The position numbers and the translations under genes were made by a program. This document shows, piece after piece, positions 12,929 to 23,673 of a stretch of DNA of 64,000 nt. The stretch lies in assembly GCA_010015585.1 (NCBI GenBank), contig ML975150.1; one strand, 5' to 3'. A model generated the notes under the pieces. The model worked only from the letters and a program-made list of their open reading frames with translations, made no database searches and was not told the DNA's origin. Positions within the stretch are counted from its first letter, which is position 1; the number at the start of each line of letters is the position of its first letter. The stretch is from Eremomyces bilateralis CBS 781.70 (lineage: Eukaryota).

Positions 12929-15900
12929 TTACAAGTACAGGGTATCAGTATGGCCGACCTTCCGGATCCCTTTCATCCGCAGCCTCCCCCGCGGGCTTCG
13001 ATCATACGTATCGACGAAAGTGATCGCCGCCTCCCACAGATCGCCGACTTCCAACCGCACCCCTTCATCTGCTGAAAGGAGGAACGGAATCGGGAAATCC
13101 AGTGGAACGACCGACGCATCCTGATGCACGGGCGACACCTCCTTGACCACGACCGTGAATGTCTTGGGGAGCGCGGCTTCCTGGTGATAGAACGCCCGAT
13201 AGAATAGCATGCTGATCCAGAAATCGTTGGAGAACTGAATCGCCTTGTTCCTCGCGCGCTCGCGCCATTCCGCTTCCACCGCCAGTTTTTCCAGCGCGGC
13301 GGCGGAGAACGGGTAGGCCCAGCTTCCTTGATCATGGCCGCCGGCCTCGCGCCGCAGTTCGGACTCGATCTGCCAGTGCACGACCATGTCGAGATAGCGA
13401 CGGAGCGGGCTGGTCGCGCGGGAGTAGGCATCGACGGCGACTAGATAATGCGGGCCGGGCTCGGTCGAATAGAGCGAGCCGCCCACCAGGTCTCGGTAGT
13501 TGGTTAAGACTTCGGGGTCCGCGACACCGCCCCCGGAAAGCTGGGGGAGAACCTTCTCCTTGAAGTAGCGCACCGGGTCCGTTCGGTTCCCCTGGAAGAC
13601 GGTCCGTCGATAGACCGACGGTACGCCTCGGCTCTGGGTCCAGAACGCAGCCGTTTCGCACGCAAGCGTCATGAATTCCATCACTAGTCGCTGCCCGGCG
13701 GAGATCTCGGCAAATGCGGGCTGCGAGGGAGTTGCTTCGAGGCTGATGATCGGGTCCCCTTGGATGAACCGAGCCCGATCGCGACTCGGGGGGCGGTATT
13801 GCAGCCCGCGGTGCGACGAGTCTTCGGCCACCCGGACGGTGACCGAGCCCTGTTGGCCGAAAAGAAGGGCACCGGAATTCTGGCGAATCTTCGCCCGGTA
13901 CTCGGCGAGGAGGGAAAGGGTTTCTAAGTCCTCGATTTGGGATTTGGACAACTGAACCTCCGGGCTACTGTCAGACTTGCGTGGGAACGTCCCGCCAACG
14001 GTCAGAGAAAACTTAGGGATGGACTGAGCCTTCCCTAACGCTGCGTTCACCTGATCCGGTGTGATGCAAACGACATTGCGCACTGTTCCTGGCTGGATCT
14101 TTCGATCCAGGACCTCCCCATTTAGATCCAGCTTGATGCTGAAGGTCAGGACCGGGCGGTCTCTCTCGAGACTGAAATATTCCTGACTCACATCCTTCGG
14201 AAGCATCGGACAGCTTCCTTCCGGAAAGTAGATAGTCCCGAGAAGATGCCGGGCCATTTTAGATATTTGAAAGTCGGGATGGAGGTGGGAGGTCGGGTTG
14301 GCGACATGGACATGGATCCAAAATTGTTCCTCATTTCCTGACACCCGCTCAAGCGAGATGCCATCGTCCAGCTCCTCTGCATCTGCCGAGTCGATACAGT
14401 AGACGCTCATGTCCTTCCAATCGACTCGAAGGTCGCTCATATCGTCTTTCAGATCCCAGGACTTGGTCTGACCCAACGTTCTTGCAAGGTCCTCGATGTC
14501 TTCTGAATCTTTCTGCCCATGGTAGCCTGGAATCCCTAGCGAGGGCATATACTTATTTCGGTTTTCGAATGGCGTGAGCACGCCGATTTCTTGAAGCAGT
14601 TTATATGCACCGCCGTAATTAAAATCCCGCGCCTCAATATCTGAGGACTGGTTTTCGTAGCATAGCGTGAGCCGCAGGATGTGTGCGAGAGCTGACGTTG
14701 CCGCGGTATCGGACGCGAACTGATCGCGAACCGAGCTGAACTCCAGGAAATTAATTATGTTATTTTCAAGCTCGCTGAAGGTAGCGCTGTATGTTTCCTG
14801 CAGAGGTGTGTCACCCCGTGCTGGTACCTTGTCAGTGTCTGAGGGTATGTATGGTCCTATGCACGCGTGCGACAGGAACTGCGACCGGGACTCGCGACTT
14901 GTCGAGACAAGCTGTCGTATTTTCTCGGCGAACTTTGGTAGAAAGCGCGTTGAATAGGAGTCCGGACCCTTTAAGAGGTATAAGGCACGACCGCCCATTT
15001 TCCCAAGCTCTTCTCGACTCGATACTAAATATATCATGTCTTCCCGGTCGCTTCGCACACGTCGCACGACGAAGTTGTACGCATCGAGGATCGAGCGAGA
15101 ACGAACTAAGAAGGTATGCGAGGATCGGTGAGAGTTCCCATCTAGTTCAAACCGCTCCGTTTGACGTAGAAGGGTTCTTTCCAGGGCAAACATGAGGGCC
15201 GGACTGTGTTCAACTTCCTTGGGGAAAATTTCCGTCGCCATCTCCTTGAGTGTCATGTATTTATTGTCAGTGTCATGGGCAACCGATGAATGTGCATCAA
15301 AGAGTGCTCGGCCCCAGCAACGCGTCAAATCTTCGACTTCGTTTTCAAACGTGCGCATTCTCCGCAGCAGCGGAGCGCTTGCCTCCCTAGGCACGGACCA
15401 GTCATGGATAAACATGGAATTCCGAGCCTCCTTCAGAGCAGATTCGTTGGCTGGAAGGTATGGCAAGACTTGATCCATTTCCTCCGGTGAGAAGAAGCTG
15501 GGTATGGAAAAGACGGCTGCAGAGCTTCTTGTGTGGAACCATGATCCGCGAATTGTGAGGAATTGAAATATGTGAGGTCCGATCTTTCGGGTAAACACAG
15601 CTGTCGTTGTAAGTCGGCCGATATGATCGGTTCTGTCGTCCATCAGCGAAGTCTCTCATCATGAATATTGGCGGCCGTACATCAACTCCACGAGATCGCC
15701 TGGTTGAAGAGCAAGATCGTCGCTCAGCGTTTGCGAGTCCCCGCTTCTGTCCGCTACCATTATCATCTCATCACCCCGCTGATCTCTTCGAAAGGCCGAA
15801 GGAAAGTTCTCCGGGTCTGGCCCTTCGAAGGGTGGCATGTCCCGCTCCAGATGTTCATTCTGCTCATACCAATCCTTCAATTGGGCTCGAAATACGCTAC

Positions 15901-16232
15901 CGCGTTTAGACCGACCAGTCGAAGGGAACTGTGAGACTTAGCATTTCCATACTTTAAAGATGAACTAGCTTGCATACCGTATTGCGAATTAGGGTGGGAA
16001 GCGTCGAACTCCCTTCCCCCGAGATGACCGGTGTTGTCGCGACATTGGAATAACGACGGCGTGTTTGTCCATCGTTTTGAAATCTCCGCGTGCCACGGGG
16101 ATTCGATTGCCCAACAGTGATGAATGCTGGAACAGTGAGACTCCGGATATGGTGCCGCTGGCGTCTCAAGCACTTCCAGCAAACTTTGGTTAGAGGGCTG
16201 GGTGTGGAGAAGACGCCATTGTGAAGGAGCAT
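12929..16232 (-). CDS. cyt-4: Mitochondrial RNase II/RNB-family exoribonuclease (Cyt-4/Dss1, degradosome subunit)
   Basis: RNB motifs VYCIDSADAEELDDGIS, WIHVHVANP, TIYFPEG..PMLP, LVMEFMTLA and YSRATSPLRRYLD. Basic mitochondrial-presequence-like N-terminus. Two short 5' introns (second 15680-15633). Confidence 0.88.
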
Positions 16233-16779
16233 CCCTTGAAGAGAAACAAAAAATTTACGAGATGGTTATGTCCAGTGCATACGATGCTTCATTACGGAAT
16301 CAATCTGCTCGAAATGCCATCGTTCTGGAAGGAGGATGAAGTTTAGAATCTGGTACATTTTTTTGACCGATCTCCAGAGTCCAAATCTCCCATGGATCCG
16401 TGATGCAACTCCAGTGACGGAGCCACGGAGGACAGGGATTGGTGCAAGGGTTAGATATCACCAGCCACAGAGCAAGCCACAAATAGTGATCAGATCAGAT
16501 CACGTGGAATGAATGACGTTCAACTGAAAATTATGCCTCAGGCATAAAGGCTGCATATGCCCGATTGTTACTGACGCGAGCCGCGAATGGCGAATCCTTG
16601 TCGATATCATGGGCTTCCCCATCCATGAACCTCGGACCAATTAATACCGTAGCCATCATATTGACCATCCGGAAATCTTGAAAGTCATAACTTGTGATAA
16701 TCTCCCATAGCACCAGTCGCCTTCTCACGAGACTGGCCATGCACCCCTCTCCTAAAAGCCTTGAATACCAGAGGACGTG

Positions 16780-18511
16780 ATGCCTAATGCCGACTTCGCC
16801 GCCGCGCAACAACGCCTTGCCGCAAGACGGCGCGCAAGGGATCAGGAAGCACAAGCGCGTGTAGCCGATCGATCGTCATCGCGGACTGCGGAATCAATAT
16901 CGAAGCTGCCGCGTCCACTAAAAGGACTTGGGGTTGCTGGATTAACAGCATGGGATGCAATTAAGGGAAGAGAAGGGACGGGACCCGCGTTTCGGGTTGG
17001 ACAGGTGGATGCGGAGTTGCTAGACGAGGAACTATTGGAGTTGCTCAGGGGACAAGTTGGGGAGGGAGTGAAGTATTTAGGGGTAAGGTAATTCCACAAG
17101 ATTGTAATACGATCGCTGACAATACAAAGTCGAACATAGCGACCGATTACGCTGCAGAGATCGGGTTGCTTCTCAGAGCAGCACTATTCAAGCTCTCAAT
17201 TTGGGACCATGATGCTTCCTATGGCGCCTCGTTACAAGGGCTGCGATACATCGATGCAAGACAAAGTCCGAACAGCAGAGCACCGACATATCTCTCACCT
17301 CCCACGAGCACACAGAAGGTTCTCTACGGTCTAATATCCGTCCTCGGGCGCTACGGTTGGACGAAATGGGAAGACCACCTCCTTGAACAGGAGAGCAGCT
17401 ACGAAGAGGTTGGCCCTATCCTTCGAACACTACTACATACATTGGCTAACAATGACCTATCCAGCCCACTCCCCGTATGCGCGTCCTCTCCCGCCTCACC
17501 ACGCACATCTCCACCGCACACACCCTCCTCGCCCTCCCCTCCTTCCTCCTCTTCCTCCTCACCGGCCGCCACCGCACCCTCCTCGATCGCGTCCTCCGCC
17601 TCCGCCTCGCCCCCGCATCCACCACTACCACCCGCGACGTCAGCTTCGAATACCTCAACCGCCAGCTTGTATGGCACGCCTTTACCGAATTCCTGCTATT
17701 CCTTCTCCCGTTGGTGGGCGTCCGGCGCTGGAGACGATTGGCCCGTCGAGGCTGGCGGGGGATCGTCAACGCATGGCGAGCGCTTCGGGGCTTCGGCACC
17801 GAGGAAGACGACGAGAAAGCCATGACAAAAGACGGCGTCTTAGGGTTCCTCCCCGAGCGCACGTGCGGGATCTGCTACGCGGACCAAACACCAGGCGCGA
17901 CTGGCGGTGCCGCTTCCGAAGCCGATATCGTTGCGGCGAGCTCCGCGGGTGGCGGGGGCGTCGTGGGCTCGGCGTTGACGGATGTCACCAACCCCTACGA
18001 AGCCATTCCCTGCGGTTGCGTCTATTGCTTCGCATGCATCGCGCAGAAAATCGAGAGCGAGGAAGGAGAGGGCTGGACGTGTTTACGGTGCGGGGAGATT
18101 GTGAAGGCGTGCCGTCCGTGGCGGGGCGAGGTGGTGGAGGAGAAGGACGGTGCGAGGTCGAGCGATGGGGCGGGGAAGAGCGTGGGGTTTGCGGATATGG
18201 AGCGGGGGGAGAAATCTGGGCAATACGAGTCGTTGAAGGGGGTCGACCCACTGCCGATCGAAGACGACGAGTCTTCATATGCCACAATGTCAAGGCACAC
18301 AACAGATATGAACGATAGCAGTGAATGGGCAAGAGCAAGCGAAATCGTGAGGGAGGAGGATGAACAAGTGGAGGACGAGGACGAGGAAAAGGAGGAGGAC
18401 GACGACGAAGAGGAGGAAGAGTTTGATACGGAGAGTGAAGATCTGCAGAGTGAGGGATATGACGAGGACGAGGACGAGGAGGAAATGGGCGACGCATATG
18501 ACGCGGAATAG
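16780..18511 (+). CDS. PEX2: Peroxisomal RING peroxin Pex2
   Basis: FRVGQVDAELLDEEL, ASYGASLQGL, GRHRTLLDRVL and VSFEYLNRQLVWHAFTEFLLFLLP, then a RING (C..C...PCGCVYCFAC...CLRC) and an acidic tail. Two introns near 17083 and 17409. Confidence 0.93.
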
Positions 18512-21500
18512 ATGGCCTGGACTGGGATCCTTAGACCTATTTGATATGCTCACTTACAGGCACTGGCGATATGATGGTCTCTATCGTTTGGACTCTAGAC
18601 TGGACAGCTCTTGGACATCTAATAGTGGTATCTAATTCGGCAGATAACTACGATGGCTCATACTATTATACTCTTCTTCGGCTGTAACTATAAGAATAGG
18701 GATCATCTCACAGGGTGTATAAATTATACCATCGCTCTCTTCCTGTTGCAATCCCTCTCGCGTGAACATGGATTGGGAGTGTAAACCGATGTGGAGAGAG
18801 ACCTCACGGTTGCCTGGCACCTAGTTCCCATTATGCTCCAAGGTACTTCTGCACTCCACTTCGAGCCCAAATCCAGCCACCCTCCATTCGGGCATCCCCT
18901 CAATAACACAAACCCCAGAGCTCCTAAACTAGGAAAAGGAGGTGACGGCCTCCCCCGCCAAGCGACCGGTTTCTGTTACACGCGCATAGTCCAGGCCTCC
19001 AGGACACCCGGACGCAAACCATCCCAAAAGCTTCTGGAAGCACCCTACGAATGGCGTACGGACTATGGTGCACGGCATTGGCGCATATGATATATGCAAG
19101 CCATAGCGGACATGGGCATTCAGGGCTTGGTGTGATCCTCACTGCAGCCGCATTGACCAATCCTGGTGTGCATTTGGGGGGGATTGTCTATTGGCTCTAT
19201 TAAGGTCTAAAAGGATGCGTCCATGTGTCTGGTTATACAAAGGGCGTTGCCGACGACGATGGGGTTGATCACGTTGTGGCTGCATAGCCTTTGACGTGGC
19301 TATTATGTGCAGATGGATTCAAAGGGCACAACAGAACCGATCAGCTTGGTGCGTATTGGCTAGAAACGCAGGAGCCGGGGTAGATACTGTTTACCTTGTA
19401 AATGCGAGTGGTCGTTCAGATATTGAATTGAACCTACCGATGCCGGTTCTTCGAAAGTACTGTACTCAGAGTTAGATCACCCACATGGCATTCTATCATT
19501 CATCGGCAAAGGCCTAATGCCGAATAACGCCTCGGAGCTAGTTGAGGGAGATTGCTAGGAATGCCAGCGCTCGATTCACTTATCCATGTGGCCGAGTTCG
19601 TCGTTCGGACGGAGCGATTCATCGGATCGAGTCGGGACAGCGGTACGTACCTCGACTGATCGGTCCACATTTCAACTCTCAACATGGCGTTTTGCCAAAA
19701 TGCTGGTGCCTAGCTAACTTATCGACTCTCAAGGGCGTCCTTGTCAAATGTCATGAGAAGCATGCTTGGTCTATACTCGATGGTGACTGGTGAGCTGGTT
19801 AATCGTGCGAGACGGGATGATGGAAAGGGCGAATATTATTGATCTTGCATAGATTAGGATGAGTGGGAGAATGCAATTCATTATCATATCGATACTCCGT
19901 GCCAGGACTCCAGAACGAGCATATCTTCCCCAATTGTATTCTGTACGCTTGCGGGAGCTACAGCTTAGCTCTGCGTCTTGGGTGCATCCACAGATGCGAG
20001 CAGTCTCAGTAGTGAGATGATAGATTCGATGGATTCGTCATGGTCTGCTTGTTTACTCCTGTGGCTCCCCTCAACGAGCTTGGGGTCGACAGGACTCGTA
20101 TGGAGGGCGATGACTTGTTGGGATATCTGATACATCAACGGAAGCAAGACGACGTTCGCTGTCGGCTGGGATGCGTTTTTCCGTGATGATTGGACACGGC
20201 CATCGCTGGTCCCCGGCCGAAGTGGTTCTTCTTATCAATTCCATTCTGAAGAGGGAATGAATGCTTTGAACGTGGGAAACCAAGAGCTTCGCATGCATCC
20301 ATGGAGGAGATTAAGGCACGCATCGACTGATGTGTCACAGGACGATAGACTAAGACCACCCTCGTCATATCTGAGGGTAATTTAATATCAAGTGAGCCCT
20401 CTCATTGCTTGGTCGCTTCTGGAAGACGTGGCGACATGCGATGCCCTCACAAATGCTGAAATCGGCAACCATGATCCCTCTCCATTATCAAAGATGAATT
20501 GACTCAGTGAGCCCAGATCGGTTGACAAAGTCAGGATGTTCAAAATATACCGAGGGGCACCCAGCTGTCATGCACCAATCGTGGTCATTTCTTGCGCCCA
20601 TCCACGCACCTAGCCCTCGTCCCGGTCTTCCCCAATCGTCGGCCCGTTTGAAAAGGGTGTGACGGTGGTGTCACACCCTTTGGCCAACCCATTTAACTGG
20701 CGCTTTCGACTGTGGTGCATCCCACACGATGTGGTGGCAGGTGGAGGTGGTGCAAGCTATCCGCATCTGTGCCAGGCACTGCCAGCCAAAGGCCAGCCCA
20801 TTGATGCAATCCCATATTATTACAAGCCTCCACATTTACCGACCGCTCTTTTGCCAAAAGATCGGAGTATGACTTGATCCATTGACCTGACTCACTGGTC
20901 CTGTCGTGAGCTCGTTTCTCGTTTCTCGTTTCTCTTTTCTTTTCTCACTCGCGGTCTTTCTTTGCAACCGCGCCCTACAAAGAGCATTCCCTTCCCAGCG
21001 CCCAGCGGAGGGGGCTTTTGAGTGTTGACAGATACTTAATTACCTACCTTATCCAAAAGTCCATCTGTCGGGCTGTCCGCCATCTTGCATTGAGACCGAG
21101 TCATCAAATCGGTCCGCCGTGGCCGACAGGACCGGACCCTGTCAACCGGAGCCCTGAGAGTGGAATTACTGGAATATCATATCGCCTCTTCTCTCCTCGC
21201 AAGGACGAGGATTTAGACTAGCTGAACGAGCTAGGCCGTCTTAGTCGGAAAACTAAGAACCTTCCTATATCTGATCTCAACACCGGTGACTTTTCTTTCG
21301 CTGTTATTGTCTCATGAAATCTCGTCATCCTCAGGCCTCCGCGAACCGAACGACCGGATAAAACTTTTATTTGCTTCTTCCCACTCCCGCCTTTAAACAT
21401 CTTTTCGTTACGCACCACCACGCACACCCGTTGTCCCACCATCCCGACCATCCCACCTTCGTTACTCATCCGTGTCCGTCGCTCAAACCGCTCCGGGTCC

Positions 21501-21546
21501 TCCCATTTCTTTTAAAGGCTCCGTATCCCTCGCCGACTAACTGGCG

Positions 21547-22368
21547 ATGTCCGACTCCACCAACATTTCTGCCCAGAAACCTAGTCCGGCTGTCCTGCTG
21601 GGCTCATCCTCCTGTAACACGGGATTCACCTCTTCACATCCTCCGGCCACCTCGCCCGACCCAACCCTCGAATCCAATCAACATCGTCACCATGCCGAAG
21701 GAAGACAGTCCTCCGCCGCCGCCGCCGCCGCCGAACTCCCCAGTCTTAAAGTGAAGCTGCGGTCGGCGCTGCGCCAATTCCCCGACTTCCCCTCCGAAGG
21801 CATTCTCTTCGAAGATATCATGCCGATTTTCGCCGACCCGATCCTCCATGAGATGCTGGTGACCGCTCTCGTGACCCATTGTCAGACGGCGTTCGGCAAG
21901 GTGGACGCTGTGGTTGCGCTCGAAAGCCGGGGATTCTTATTCGGACCCAGCGTGGCGTTACGACTGGGCGCGGCGTTCGTGCCCGTGAGAAAGCAGGGGA
22001 AGCTACCGGGACCGGTTGAGCGAGCGGAGTACCAGAAAGAATATGGAGTGGATGTGTTCGAGATGCAGCAAGGCGCGATTAAGGAGGGGTGGAGGTGTGT
22101 GGTCATGGACGATCTGATCGCGACTGGTACGTTTTGCCCTACTCTATCCAACTGTAGGGATCCATGCTATGAACATGGAGTGGACCGATCGAATATTGAT
22201 ACTAACTTCATAATTATAGGAGGGTCCGCTGCGGCCGCAGGCACACTTATAAGCAAGATGGCCGGCAACCTTTTGGAATACATCTTCCTGATCGAGCTCG
22301 ATTTCCTCAAAGGCCGAGATAAGCTGGACGCTCCCATCTACACGCTCCTCTCCACGCAGGAGAAATGA
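21547..22368 (+). CDS. APT1: Adenine phosphoribosyltransferase
   Basis: FPDFPSEGILFEDI, ALESRGFLFG, FVPVRKQGKLPG and the VVMDDLIATGGS PRPP-binding motif, restored by removing intron 22127-22219. Confidence 0.95.
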   Translation: MSDSTNISAQKPSPAVLLGSSSCNTGFTSSHPPATSPDPTLESNQHRHHAEGRQSSAAAAAAELPSLKVKLRSALRQFPDFPSEGILFEDIMPIFADPILHEMLVTALVTHCQTAFGKVDAVVALESRGFLFGPSVALRLGAAFVPVRKQGKLPGPVERAEYQKEYGVDVFEMQQGAIKEGWRCVVMDDLIATGTFCPTLSNCRDPCYEHGVDRSNIDTNFIIIGGSAAAAGTLISKMAGNLLEYIFLIELDFLKGRDKLDAPIYTLLSTQEK

Positions 22369-22756
22369 TTTGCCACCATGCAACGCAGGCTGCGAGTGCC
22401 AAGCTGGACGCTATCAACGGGCCGCAGACTCTCAGAGCCGGTGGAACTGGGTCGACTGAACTGGGAAACAATAGACATGGGATGGAAACAATAGACGGGT
22501 GGTGCATCGAGTGGGAAAAAGGAACACAACGGCGTTTTTTGGTATTCTTTCGATGATATGCGGTACCTTCCGACTTTGCTGACGCTTGCGCGTATAATAT
22601 CGGCACCTTACCTACAAAAAGCGTAACACTTCGCAACGGAGTGCATAATTGATTCCTCCATTCGACTCTTTTTCGGTACATAGTTAATTAAGCTCAAAAA
22701 TATCAATTTTCAGGACATGGCCAAAAGTGTCTCCGTTTCTCCTTAATCCATACCAT

Positions 22757-23110
22757 GTATGATCTCTCCCAACTGTGTTCCCTTTTTTGCCGTGATACCG
22801 TCCTACAATATTAATCCGGAGCGATCTCCGCCCTCGTCCCTCCTGCCAATCTTCTATGCTCTGTTTGGGCCATTGGGGGTGCGGGACAGCGGACAGTTGC
22901 TAGACACGGAGCAGCGGCGGGTGGGCGACTGGGCGGGCTACTGGCTCCCCTACGTAACACGTGAACACCAACACACCCCGCTGCCCGTTATCGATTACCC
23001 GCACCGCCGCACGTAACTGTAAGGACACGGGCCACCTGTCTACTGGAGATCGCTGATTGATGCCCTCTTGGTGGAGATCGGACTGGCAACATCTAACATT
23101 CACACGAAAG
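22757..23110 (+). ncRNA. Candidate structured intron / intron-encoded RNA of unknown class
   Basis: GTATGA at 22757, CTAAC at 23093-23097 and first downstream AG at 23110 enclose nested helices (22761-72/23068-79; 22820-29/23045-54; 22893-900/23013-20; 22914-20/23004-10). G-U pairs favour the + strand. No known RNA family motif recognised. Confidence 0.45.
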
Positions 23111-23673
23111 GCGAAGCTTCGAGAATCTCCCAGATTCCCACATATGACGTTGGATCACTTTATTCACTTTGATACAAGCAGAAGCGGATTGACAGCGTTT
23201 TTTCATGGTTTCATGATATATCGTATTCAAAGGTCACTTGACTAAGCAAAATACCCGCCACTCGAGCTATAACCGGCACCTACGAGCTCCTCCTGGTTAT
23301 TGGCAAGACAACCACAGAGCGTCAAAACGACTTCTAAGGATTCCTACAACCCAAGAGCTCAATATAGCAAACCTCGCTCAGCTTCGGATGGTACTATTCG
23401 ACTAACTAAGGGTGGTTTGCTCGACCATTGGCCGTTCCCGAGGTTTCTAGCGCATCGGCCTCTACCGGTATCGAAAACCCAGGACAAAGTTGGTGAGAGT
23501 CATTCAGACGAAGGGGGCAGGCTGTGCGGGAAGTGAGAGCTGCCAAAAGTTCCGGACTCTTCGGTTGTGTTGAGTGGACTTTGTACCATTCGTTACCCAA
23601 TTTCGGAAGTAACAATCCCGACTCATTTGAGATTCCTATTCAGAGCATCTCAAGCGGAGCTCTTGGCTAAAAT

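Noticed and set aside
15633..15680. Box C (ATGATGA) and box D (CTGA) motifs in a cyt-4 intron
   Set aside because: The intron is only 48 nt and the boxes are ~10 nt apart. CTGA is part of the branch point; too short for a snoRNA.
18600..21500. Hidden gene or transposon upstream of APT1
   Set aside because: Only short ORFs without motifs and a small (CTCGTTT)n tract. No TIRs, LTRs or transposase similarity seen.
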